From: Hypanus sabinus
Lineage: Eukaryota
Direction: 5' to 3'
DNA: 64,000 bases
NCBI RefSeq assembly: GCF_030144855.1
Contig: NC_082731.1
Span: 26,784,001-26,848,000 of the forward strand
Positions 13,761 through 25,269 of the stretch are shown here, piece after piece. Position 1 is the first letter of the stretch. The number at the start of each line of letters is the position of its first letter. The notes under the pieces are model-generated. The model had not been told where the DNA came from, made no database searches, and saw only the letters and a program-made list of their open reading frames with translations. The translations under genes were made by a program, and so were the position numbers.

Positions 13761-14545
13761 ATATATATATATATTAATAATATATTCCATCATTTTTCCA
13801 ACCACTGCATCAAGGTAACTGGCCTATAATTTCCTTTCTCTGCCTCCAACCTTTCTTATAAGTATGGAGTGATATTGCAATGTTCCCATCCTCCAGAACC
13901 ACTTCAGAATCCAATAATTCTTTAAAAATCTTTTCAGCTACTTCTTTCAGAACCCTAGACTGTAGACCATCTGATCAAGATGTCTTATTTATCTTCAGAC
14001 CTTTCAACATCCCAAGCACCTTCTCCTTAGTAAGAGCAACTATACTCACTTCTTACCCCTGAGACTCTCATGTTTCTGGCATTCTGCTTGTCTTCCACAA
14101 TGAAAACTGACACAAAACACTTACGTTTGTCTGCCATTTTTTGTCCCCCATTACCACCTCTCCAGCATCATTTTCCAGTAGTCCAATATCCACTCTTGCC
14201 TCTCATTTACCCTTTCTATATCTGAAAAGAAAACCTCTTGCATCCTCTTTTATGGTTTTGGCTAGCTTACCTTCATAGTTCTCCCTATTGATTTTTTATT
14301 TGAGTGAATTCTATCATATTATTATCACTATCTCTCCTACGGGTTCCTTTACCTCATGCTCCTTAATCAAATGTGGGTCATTCCATGGCACCCAATCCAG
14401 AATTGAATTTCCCCTAGTAGACTCAACCACAATCTTCTCTAAAAACCAATCTGAGGCATTTGGCAAATTCCCTCACTTGGGATACTGCACCAGCCCAATT
14501 TTCCCAGTCTACCTGGATATTAAAATTGCTCATGACTATCACAAC

Positions 14546-16293
14546 TGTTGGCCAGAAGAAATTGAAGTCTGATCAAGGACAAGGGAAACAGACAAGTTAC
14601 TTTGTTTCCCCTATTTTGTGTAATCTGAACAGTTTCTTGCTCTTGGATAATCTAATCAGAGCAACTTGGGCTACGTCCACACTAGACAGGATAATTCTGA
14701 GAATGCCGGTTTCATGTAAAAATGATAGGGGTCCACACTATGTGTTTTTCAAAATATCTCTGTCCGCACTAAAACAGATATTTCAGCGAATCTACTCCTG
14801 CTGTGCATGCGCGGGTCACATCTACTGAAAACAAGCGACATGTTTGGTGTTGAATGTCACCGTGGAAGATTTGCTGCACGTTTGTCCAGTTACAGATGAA
14901 AAAAACTTAAACGACAGACAGCTGTTGGCTCTTGCGCAAGAGGACTTAAAAGTAAAAAAAAATACTGGAACGTAAGGAGGCAACCAACAGGGAGTTCATG
15001 GACAGTATGACCCGGCTGACGACGAACATCGAAAAACTGATGAACTCTGTTGCATTAATAAAGCACCTTGTTCAATGTATAAAACATGGCTACATCAGTG
15101 TTATCTTGTATTTCCATACAATGTTACATTAGGCTGTTACACATCTATTGTCAGAGAAGTACTTGCGTAAATAGGTAAACCACCTTCATACGAGCAAGTA
15201 GAGAAAACAGGGCAAAGTATATTTATTTATTAGTTAAGCTATGGGTCAAAGTATTCAGTGAGTATATTTTTAACTCCTCTGGCTTCAGTCTCCTTGCCAG
15301 CTGTTCTGAAATTGTTCGGTTGCGCTCAAGAAAACAATGAAATGGTGCGCTGCCATCACAATCTGTTCTGGCACGTCATGACAGCGTATTTAATTTCTCC
15401 GGTTACCCTGTCCACACTGTTCCGGCTAAGCGGCATTTTCAGAATTACACACTCTGCAGACGCTTCTGAAAATCTCCAGTTTCGGGGGACAAAAACACCC
15501 TTTAAGTGTCGACAGAGGGTAAAAACAAAGAGAAAAAGCTTTGGTTATGGATTTATCCAGTGCAGTGTGGACATAGCCTTAATGTGGATGCATAAAGCTT
15601 TAGATAATGATCTGCTAAACCTGAGACCATTGTCAAACAAATAGCCATTTGTTATGTAAAGGGAATGGCCTTTGAACTGATCCTTGCTTTGGGACAAATA
15701 CCTGAGAGCATTCTCAGAGGAGCAGCTACTTGTTCTGTAAAATGCCAGACCCGCAATTGGTAATCTCATTAGACTCAGTCTGGGTTGCCACATTTAACTG
15801 GTTTGGACCAGTCAGAGTGTAAAGACACAAATACATGAGGCTGGGGTGGGCAGAGCCATGAAGCAATGTTGGCTGTAGCCCTGTACAATGACCAGTAAGA
15901 AGGTGACCCAGGTCAATCAGGTGACCTTAAGCCAATGGGTTAGAGACCCAATGGTTCAATTGATAAGGAACAGTATAAGACTTAGGAGCTGCAAATACAC
16001 AGGGGCCATAACCCTCCAGCAACCAGAGACCAACCATCGTGGATAAGGAGGACCCCACAGACACATGGAGATCGAGACCACGAGGAATGCCTGGCCAGTG
16101 TAGACTTCTTTCCTGGGTAATATCCTTTTCTCTTCATTGACTGTTCATGGACTGTCAGGGAATTTTAGAAGGGTGCACAGAGACAGTTTGTGAACCCATG
16201 TGCTTTTAGTTGAAACAATAAAAGATATTTGTTGGTAACTACAGATCCGCTGTGCCTCACTGATCATTATCACAAGGGGTGATTCTTGTAACA
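14546..16293 (+). mobile_element. Solo LTR, ERV1-like (about 830 bp once the MITE is removed)
   Basis: TGTT...AACA termini, 4-bp TSD CAAC (14542-14545, 16294-16297), TATA-like cagtataag near 15972, AATAAA near 16218; interrupts a CR1. Confidence 0.75.
14669..15578. mobile_element. PIF/Harbinger-like non-autonomous DNA transposon (MITE)
   Basis: TIRs ggctacgtccacacta / cagtgtggacatagcc; 3-bp flanks TTG and TTA, consistent with a TTA-type TSD; no transposase ORF. Confidence 0.8.
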
Positions 16294-16771
16294 CAACATT
16301 GCCATTTTTGCACGCCATTTCTATTTCCCACTGCAGTTTGTAGTACATATTCTGGTTACTGTTTGGAGGCCTGTATAAAGATCCCACAAGAGCCTTTTCA
16401 CACTTGTGATTTCTTAACTTTACCCACAATAATTCTACACTTCTGATCCTTTGTAACTTTTTTCTAAGGATTTGATTTTATTTTTTACCAACAGGGCCGC
16501 CACATCCCCTCTGCCTACCTACCTATCCTTTCAATACTATGTGTATCTTTGGATGTTAAGCTCCCAAATATGATCTTCATTCAACTATGACTCTACAATG
16601 CCCACACCATCATATCTGCCCATCTCCAACTGCGCTACAAGATCAGCAACCTGATTTTGCATGCTGCATGTATTAATATAATGCCTTCAGTCCTGTATTC
16701 AGCACCCTTTCTGATATTGGCCCCCTGCTGCAATTTAACTCATCCCACTGACTGCAATTCTGCCCTATTAT

Positions 16772-18063
16772 TGTCATGGTCCGGTCCATGAAATCCACAC
16801 TCCAGTTCACAGTCCTGTTCATCAACCTGGTTTTCCTGTTTTCCTTTGTTCCTTTGGGTGCTTTAATTGAGGCACCTGATTCTCATTTTGGGCTGGCACA
16901 TAAATACATCTGCAAACAAAGGATTCCTAGCTGGACTGTTCCCTTCTCCTTCCTTCTAAAGCCTTGCCTACATCCCTGTCAAGTTCAATTGCTGGAGTGA
17001 GACTGGAGCCTTACCACGCCAAGATAAGAAACTATCTATTGTTGAGTTTGGAACTATTTCTTTGTGTCCCAATGTTTGGTGTCCCTGTCAAAGAAGAGTC
17101 CCAGCGCTATGTCCTGTTCCCAAGGAGGGGTCCCAGCTCTGTGTTCTGTGTTCCAAGTTCCATGCGCTGTGTTTCAGTCCTGTCTAAGTCAAGGCTTTGT
17201 GTCCTCACCCAGCCCACTGCTGGAGATTCCTCATCCTGTGCAGGATCGTCCTCATTCAAATCCTCAGCAGTTTACCTCTGCAGTTCCCTCGGCAGTCATG
17301 TCGGCCCTGTGCTTGAAGGAGGAGTCCTGGCTCCGTACTCAAGAGCCTAACCAAGCCCTATCCAAGAACTGAGCAAAACCTAGTCCAAGAGCCATGTCCC
17401 GTGCTGGAGTTCCTCGCCTGGACTAGGAGTTCCCTCGTTTAGTCCAAGCCACATCCAAGAAACTCGTCTAGTCCAAGCCACATCCAAGAAACTAGTCTAG
17501 TGCAAGCCATGTTCAAGATACTAGTCTAGTGCAAGCCACTTCCAAGAAACTCGTCTAGTGCAAGCCACGTCCAAGAAACTTGTCCTGTCCAAGTCAAGGC
17601 TTCATGTTCTCGTCTAGTCCAGTCTTGGCAGTTTACCTCAGCAGTCTTCTTGGCACTGAAAAAGGGTCCAGATCCTGCATCCCAGAAAGGGTCCCAGCCC
17701 TGCACTCCAGGGAGGAATCCCAGCTCCATACCCAATAGCCTAACCAAGCTGTGTCCATTAACTGAGCCAAACCTAGTCCAAGAGGCACGTCCTGTACTGA
17801 AGTACCTCACCCAGTTCACATCCAAGGCTCTTTCCAGAGTTCTGTGTTCCTCAACCAGGCTGCCCGTTCCTAGTACCCCCTCCGTGTTTCTAGTCCAAGT
17901 CCTAGCCCAGGCCCTGAATCCTAGTCTCGTCTAGGGCCTGTGTCCATGTCCAGTGTCGTTTCTTCCTGACTCCCCTTGCTTTCTTGATAAACCTTGTCCT
18001 GTTCCTAGTACTTCAGTGTCTGTGTCTTGCATTTGGGTCCACTCTTAATGCTCCTTTATGACA
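16772..18063 (+). mobile_element. Solo LTR, Gypsy-like (about 1.29 kb)
   Basis: TGTCA...TGACA termini, perfect 5-bp TSD ATTAT (16767-16771, 18064-18068), tgcatttgggtcc near the 3' end, internal tandem repeats. Confidence 0.85.
17434..17585. repeat. 29-bp tandem array (about 5 copies) inside the solo LTR
   Basis: Unit approximately ctcgtctagtccaagccacatccaagaaa. Confidence 0.85.
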
Positions 18064-18279
18064 ATTATCTGCCTGTCCTTTCTCACAGTCTCACTGCACA
18101 CTTCATCTAGTTGTATATCAGCTGCTCCACACTCAGCCCTCTCACACTGGTTCCACCTCCCTGCTAAATTAGTTTAAACCCTCTACATCTCTAGCAAACC
18201 TTTCTACAAGGACACTGGTCTCCCTCAGGTTCAGGTACATCCTGTCCTCTTTGTAAAGATCATACCTTCCCCAGAAGAA

Positions 18280-18895
18280 CATAGAGCATAGACCAGTACA
18301 GCACAGGAACAGGCCCCTCAGCCGAAAATGCTGTGCTGACCCAACTAGAGTGTAAAAAACAAAACTAATCCCTCCTACTTATATATATATAATGCCCATA
18401 TCCCTCCATCTTCCTCAAATTCACGTGCTGATCTAAATGTCTCTTAAACACCTCTAATTTATTTGCCTCTTTGACCATACCAGGAAGCACATTCCAGGCA
18501 TCCACCACTCTGAGTAAACAACTTACCCCTCTAGTCCCCTTTGAACCCACCCTCTCTCACCTTCAATGTATGTCCTCTGGTATGAGACATTTCTACCCCG
18601 GGGAAAAGATGTTCCCCGTCTACTCTGTCTATGTTTGTCATAATCGTATAAATCTTCATCAGATTTTCTCTGTCTCTGCCATTCCAAAGAAAGCAACCCA
18701 TGTTTGTCCAGCCTTTGATGATAGCACATGCCCGCTACACCAGGCAGCATCTTGGTAAACCTCTTCTGCATCCTCTCCAAAGCCTCAAATTCCTTCCTGC
18801 AGTGAGACAACCAGAAATATATGAAATACTCCAGGTGTGGCCTAATCAGAGTTTTATAAAGTTGCAATATAACTGCTTTACCTTTGAGCTCAATG
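18280..18895 (-). mobile_element. CR1 3' end
   Basis: QLYKTLIRPHLEY..FW..RMQKRFTKMLPG; tail acatagagcatag. Confidence 0.85.
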
Positions 18896-18919
18896 AAAGC
18901 TGAGCTCTGGCACCTCCTT

Positions 18920-19260
18920 CCTCCCGCCGCTCGCGGTTGTGATGCGCGCGCGCGCTCGACTCCTCGTCACGTGCGCTCACCCGTCAACCAATCGGAGCCT
19001 CACTTTCTCGCGCTCTCCTCCCGCGACCGGAGCCTTTGCCGCGCGCGCGCCCCTCGCCAGTCGCGCGGACACCGGGAGACGAATCAGCGCTCAAAGCCTT
19101 TGACAAGCGCGAGCCGGGGGAGGCCGGTCCCCCAGTCAGAGCTTTTACCGTATCTCGTGTTCCCCAACCCCACTCTCTCCCCGAATCACCTCCTGCCGGC
19201 TGCCCCCGACCTCCAGTGGGAACCTCGACCAGTCCACACTCGGGAGCCGACCATTGACAA
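18920..19260 (+). promoter_or_regulatory. CpG island-like segment with promoter-type motifs
   Basis: Dense CpG in an otherwise CpG-poor window; two (GC)n runs (about 18944-18956 and 19039-19050, NRF1-like), E-box GTCACGTG at about 18966, CCAAT at about 18988. Confidence 0.65.
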
Positions 19261-19299
19261 TCAAATTTGTGGTTCCAACAACTCCTCCCCTCCCACCAT

Positions 19300-20560
19300 G
19301 TTATGGTCGATCTTCCCGTCTGTGCTTCGGCTTTGGATTTTGAAAGCACGGTTTTGTCCCAGGACATTGAAAAGATTGGTTGGTCGGTGCTGCAGAGGAG
19401 GTGTTAACATCATAGACCGTGTTACTGGTGGGATACTCTGAAACAAAGGGACTGCGTTGACATGACAGGCAGTGTCACTAGTTGTGATACTCATACTTTT
19501 CCAGCAGATTTGCCCGAACAACTGCAGTAATTCCTTAATGGATTTGATAAAGTCGTCAAGAAGTGGAGTTGATTTGCTGAAATGTGAGAGCATGTGGAAT
19601 CTCCAACAGCAAAAGATAAGAGTCTCCTAATGTTGTTTTAGTCTCGAATATGGCAGGTTGATGTAGCCATGCTCCTGAGGGGGTGCAGGATTATGCCAGC
19701 TGAAGCAACAAGGTGCCAGGTACACATTATGGAAGGGTTATATGTAAGGGGAACCTCTTCTACATGGAGTTGGATTAGCAGTGAAAAATGAGATCTTTGT
19801 CCCAATGGATGGTGTTAGCGGTGGCATCAATCATGTTGAAAGGTGGCCAACACATCAGGATGTTCCACATCATCAAAAAGGAAGTTTAAAGACTTAGGTC
19901 AAACTTAAACAAATTAAGAATATATTCAAATTGCGTCCATTAAAATTTTAGGTGCCATGCCAACTCAGCATATTGACTAGTTGACATGGTGAGTTGAAAA
20001 TCGTATATATAAAGATAAACAGAATTTACCAGCTTTTTGGAAGCAATTAAGACATGGTTGGAGAGACAAGCCCCAATCCAGACCAACTGGAAGAAAGTGG
20101 TCAATTGCAAACAAAAGCCTTCAGAAGGTGTTTGTGAATATGAAGACTGCTCTGAGAGTTTGACTCGGTTACTCAGAAATCTCAGGAATAAATGAATATA
20201 ATATCAATATTATATCAATAATATCAATATCAATAATGCTATATATGGCCCTCTCAAGTTGACTTTCGTGGATGGCTTGAATCCAGATGTTGCCAAGATG
20301 GGAAAGATAACAAAAATAAGTTGGAGTGGAACTGTTGTTTCCTACAGTGAACTTGTACAAGATGATAAATAAGTGAAATGGGATATCGACATCCAAATAA
20401 GATCGGTACAGACAAGTCAATGGTCTCCACCTGCTAACCAACAGAACAAGTGGAATTGGATATGCAACTCTTGTGGTAGAAGAGAACATTGAGCTGGATC
20501 TGGTTGGCATAAGAGATCAACTTCAGCACAAGGACAACAGCAAGCTCAACCCCGACCTCA
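19300..20560 (+). pseudogene. Decayed endogenous retrovirus gag (gamma/epsilon-like)
   Basis: Frame-hopping translation gives HTFPADL..EHVESPTAKD..LLMLF (capsid N-term-like), PIQTNWKKVVNCKQKPSEGVCEYED (major-homology-region-like), LKLTFVDGLNPDV, and CNSCGRREH* (CCHC knuckle-like). Confidence 0.75.
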
Positions 20561-20630
20561 CAAGGGAAGGAAAACCTTGATTAGTTGATTCAGGCTACAG
20601 GTGCAGATATAATGAAGATGTTGTCACCTT

Positions 20631-21122
20631 CTGACAAACATGTTATTGAGTTTGTTACATTGATAGCTAGGTGGGCCATCTTGTTGAAATGGAAGGATAT
20701 ATCAGCTCCTACTTTGTCACAATGGTTCTCTGAAGTGATGCTGTGTCTTAGCTGGGAGAAAATTAGAAGTTGAACCTTTGAACCTTTATTTGATTTTGAG
20801 AAGAGATGGGGCTCATATGCTCGTTATTATCATTTCCTCCACGACCTAAGTGTAATTTTTTTTTATCTATCTTTTTTTCTTGTTGGCGGTTTGATGTTTA
20901 TTTTTAGAAGCTTTCTGAATGACACATACAGAAAGCATACATTGGTTGTACCCCCAATGGGTTTCTTTTTTTCCATCACTTTTCTTGCTTAGTAGGGTTT
21001 TTTTTATTCCCCAAAAATTTCAATCTTTAAGATAATTTCTTTTTTTTGAGGCATTGTAAGTAAGTATTGTTACTTCGATATACCTGTGTTATTTTTGAGT
21101 AATAATAATAAAAAGATTTGAA
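20631..21122 (+). mobile_element. 5'-truncated L1 3' end inserted in the ERV
   Basis: 16-bp TSD AAGATGTTGTCACCTT (20615-20630, 21123-21138); TLIARWAILLKWKD..PTLSQW; A-rich tail. Confidence 0.85.
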
Positions 21123-21138
21123 AAGATGTTGTCACCTT

Positions 21139-21322
21139 GCAAAAATGTCTAGGCCTGGCCCTGCAACCTTCATCCTCGGAAGAAGAGCTCAAATTGCATG
21201 GCTTAGTTACACTGCTGTCAGTGGACATGGAAGACTATGATGAACATGACTGTGCAAGAACAATAACAAGCCAGGACAATGCAAGTTATCATGAAGTGCC
21301 TTTGTTGAACCCAAATCTGGTT
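21139..21322 (+). pseudogene. ERV pol connection-domain fragment
   Basis: TLQKC..EHDCARTI..EVPLLNPNLV matches the HDC..PL.NPDL stretch that precedes RNase H in class I ERVs. Confidence 0.7.
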
Positions 21323-24260
21323 AAACATAGAAACATAGAAAGCTTACAGCACTATACGGGCCCTTCAGCCCAAAATGCTGTGCTGAACATGTACCTACAT
21401 TAGAAGTTACCTAGGGTTACACATAACCCTCTATTTTTCTAAGCTCCATGTACCTATCCAGGAGTCTATTAAAAGGCCCTATTGTATCCGGCTCCACCAC
21501 CATCGCCGGCAGCCCATTCCATGCACTCACCACTCTCTGTGTAAAAACAACAACAACAACATACCCCTGACATCGCCTCTGTACCTACTTCCATGCACCT
21601 TTAAACTGTACTCTCGTGTTAGCCATTGCAGCCCTGGGAAAAAAAGCCTCTGACTATCCACACAATCAGTGCCTTTCATCATCTTATACACTCTATCAGG
21701 TCACCTCTCAACCTCCATCGCTCCATCACTTTACCTATTCTCATAAGGCATGCTCCCCAATCCAGGCAACATCTTTGTAAATCTCCTCTGCACTCTCTCT
21801 ATAGTTTCCACATCCTTCCTGTAGTGAGGTGACCAGACTGAGCACAGTACTCTAAGTGAGGTCTGACCAGGGTCCTATACAGCTGCAACATTACCTATAG
21901 ACTTGGACCCCAAGATCCCTTTGATCCTCCACACTGCTAAGAGTCTTACCATTAATACTATATTCTGCCATCATATTAGACCTACCAAAATGAACCACCT
22001 CACATTTATCTGTGTTGAACTCCATCTGCGACTTCTCAGCCCAGTTTTGCATCCTATCGATGCCCCGCTGTAAGATCTGACAGCACTCCACACTATCCAC
22101 AACAGCCTCAGCCTTTGTGTCATCAGCAAATTTACTAACCCATCCCTCTACTTCCTCATCCAGGTCGCTTATAAGAATCATGAAGAGAAGAAGACCCAGA
22201 ACAGATTCCTGAGGCATACCACTGGTCACCAACCTCCATGCAAAATATGATCCATCCACAACCACTCTTTGCCTTCTGTGGGCAAGCCAATTCTGAATCC
22301 ACAAAGCGATCCCCTGCCTCCCTAGTTTCTTTATAAGCCTTGCATCGGGTACCTTATCAAATGCGTTGCTGAAATCTATATACACCACATCTACTACTCT
22401 ACCTTCATCGATGTGTTTAGATACATCCTCAAAAAATTCGATCAGGCTCATCAGACATGACCTGCCTTTGACCATGCCATGTTGAGTATTCCTAATCATA
22501 TTATGCCTCTCCAAATGTTCATAAATCCTGCCTCTCAGGATATTTTCCATCAACTTGCCAACCACTGAAGTAAGACTCACTGATTTATAATTTCCTGGGC
22601 TATCTCTACTTACTTTCTCGAATAAGGGAATTAAATCCACAACCCTCCAATCCTTAGGAACCTTTCCTGTCCCCATTGATGATGCAAAGATATTTGCTAA
22701 AGGCTCAGCAATCTTCTTCCTCACCTCCCACAATAGACTGGGGTGCATCCCATCTGGTCCCGGTGACTTATACAACTTGCTGCTTTGCAAAATCTCCAGC
22801 ACATCCTCTATCTTAATGTCTAGATGCTCAAACTTTTCAGTCCACTGAAAGTCATCCCTACAATCACCAAAATCCATTCCTGTAGTGAATACTGAAGCAA
22901 AGTATACCTCTGCTATCTCCTCCAGTTCCATACAGACTTCTCCAATGTCACACGCGAGTGGTCCCATACTCTCACATCTTATCCTCTTGCTCTTCACATA
23001 CTTGTAGAGTGCCTTGGGATTGTCCTCGATCTTGCCCAAGGCCTTCTCATGACCTCTTCTGGCACTCCTAATTTCATTCTTAATCTCCTTTCTGTTAGCC
23101 TTATAATCTTCTAGATCTCTATCATTACCTAGTTTCTTGAACCTTTTGGAAGCTTTTCTTTTCTTCTTGACTAGATTTTCAGCAGCCTTTGTACACCATG
23201 GTTCCTGTATCCAACCACCATTTCCCTGTCTCCTCAGAACGTACCTAGGCAGAATGCCATGCAAATATCCCCTGAACATTTGCCACATTTGTGCTGTACA
23301 TTTCCCTGAGAACATCTGTTTCCAATTTATGCTTCTAAGTTCCTGCCTGATAGCTTCATATTTCCCCTTACTCCAATTAAAAGCTTTCTTAACTTGTCTG
23401 TTCCTATCCCTCTCCAATGCTATGGCAAAGGAGATAGAATTATGATCACTAATTCCAAAATTATCTCCCACTGAGAGATCTGACACCTGACCAAGTTTAT
23501 TTCCCAATACCAGATCAAGTACAGCCTCTCCTCTTGTACACACCTAACAAACTCCACCCCATCTAAACCCCTCACTCTAGGGACATGCCAATCGATATCT
23601 AGGAAATTAAAATCTCTCACCACGATAACGCTGTTATTATTATACCTTTCCAGAATCTGTCTCCATATCTGCTCCTACATGTCCCTGTTATTAATGGGTG
23701 GTCTATTAAAAAAAAACACCCATTGGAGTTATTGACCCCTTCCTGTTTCTAACTTCCACCCACAGAGACTCCGTAGACAATCCCTCCATGACTTCTTCCT
23801 TTTCTGCAGCCTTAACACTATCTCTGATCAGCAGTGCCATGCCCCCACCTATTTTGCCTCCCTCCTTGTCCTTTCTGTAACATCTAAAGCCTGGCACTCT
23901 AATTAACATTCCTGCCCCTGAGCCATCCAAGCCTCTGTAATAGCCACAACATCATAGCTCCAAGTACTGATCCACACTCTCTCATCAACTTTGTTACTGA
24001 CAGTCCTTGCATTAAAATAGACACATCTCAAACCATCGGTCTGAGCGCATCACTTCTCTATCACCTGCCTATTCTCCCTCTCGCACTGTCTACAAGCTTT
24101 CTCTATTTGTGAACCAACTGCCCCTTCCTCTGTCTCTTCAGTTCAGTTCCCACCCCCCAGTAATTCTAGTTTATACTCTCCCCAATAGACTTAGCAAACG
24201 TCCCTGCCAGAATATTGGTCCCTATTAGATTCAAGTGCAACCCATCCTTTTTGTACGGGT
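21323..24260 (-). mobile_element. CR1 LINE with a 550-aa uninterrupted ORF2 segment (21891-23543)
   Basis: YKSPGPDG..FSNAFDKVP..MPQESVLG..SKFADDTK; 3' tail acatagaaacatag at 21323. Confidence 0.95.
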
Positions 24261-24263
24261 GTA

Positions 24264-25010
24264 CTCTGATATTCTGATGGCTCCTGAACCAATGAGGGAG
24301 GAATTTGAATGGCTGGCTGTGCAGAAAATTAAGTGATAGCCTCAGGAAACATGGCTCTAGGTAACTGCATAACAGGCTGAACTGAAAGCTTTAATTGAAA
24401 ATTGTAAGCTAACAGAAGGATGATCAGCTAATATTCACACTGATTCTCGATATGCTTTCAAAGTCATTCATGACTTTGGAAATTTATTGGGACAAAAAGG
24501 ATTTCTTACAGCCTTGGGAACTCCCATCAAAAATGGTGAATTAGTACAAGAACTCATGGAAGTCATGCAACGACTATCAAAAGTTGCAGTATAAAATATA
24601 AAGATCACTCTAAAATGACCACAATGGAAAGCCATTGAAATGCATTTGGAGATGAAACTGCAAAAGGGGCAGCAAGTAAAGGAATAAAGAAAATCGAAGA
24701 AACAGGAGAAAAGCCGTTAACTAAAACCAAGTTAAACACCGTGTCACAGATGAACATGCAAGATATTCAAGAAATGCATGATCAGTGCTCAAATGAAGAA
24801 GAGTGGAACTGGATGGAAAATGTTGGGTTATTAGATGATGATGGAGTATGGACATAGAGCACAAGTCATAGTCTCATAGCCCCAGCGGAACTGCTCCCAG
24901 CAGATACATTCCTTAGGACACATTGAAGTGCAAGAAATGGTCAATGGATTCACCCAGTAGTGGTGAAATCCAAATTTCAGGATGAATTTTGGAAAATCTT
25001 ATCAAGGTAG
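24264..25010 (+). pseudogene. ERV pol RNase H and integrase N-terminal remnant
   Basis: YSDGS..QAELKAL..IHTDSRYAFKVIHDFG..GFLTALGTPIKNGELVQEL..NAFGDETAKGAA. Confidence 0.9.
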
Positions 25011-25260
25011 GACATTCATGGTAAATGGCGGGGCCCTTGGTAGTGTTGTGGAATAGAGAGACCTTGGAGTTCAAGCACATGGTTCACTCAAAGAGTTATC
25101 AGCATTAGATAGAATGGTTTTGGCATGCTGGTCTTAATTAGATAGAACTTTGATTCTGAATGTTGGCTGGTAATGGAGCAGATGGACAAGACACATGTAA
25201 GGCTGCATGAAGTATTGTGTTCATTTTATTCACCAAGGTGCAAGAAAGATATCATTATAC
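25010..25260 (+). mobile_element. CR1 fragment
   Basis: gtagtgttgtggaatagagagaccttggagttcaag..gtattgtgttc motifs. Confidence 0.65.
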
Positions 25261-25269
25261 AAAAGAATA

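Larger units (their letters stand above)
13780..18280 (-). mobile_element. Old CR1 copy or copies acting as host; pieces about 13780-14545, 16298-16771, 18069-18280
   Basis: CR1 endonuclease-region sequence resumes in register on both sides of two LTR insertions. Confidence 0.75.

Noticed and set aside
17434-17585. Repeat array as CRISPR-like
   Set aside because: Head-to-tail tandem units with no unique spacers, in a eukaryotic LTR.
18884-19593. ORFs 18884-19441 (+), 18984-19367 (-) and 19261-19593 (-) as host genes
   Set aside because: Open frames are explained by GC richness and the antisense of decayed gag; no recognisable protein family.
21891-23543. 550-aa ORF as a host gene
   Set aside because: CR1 ORF2 segment, truncated at both ends.
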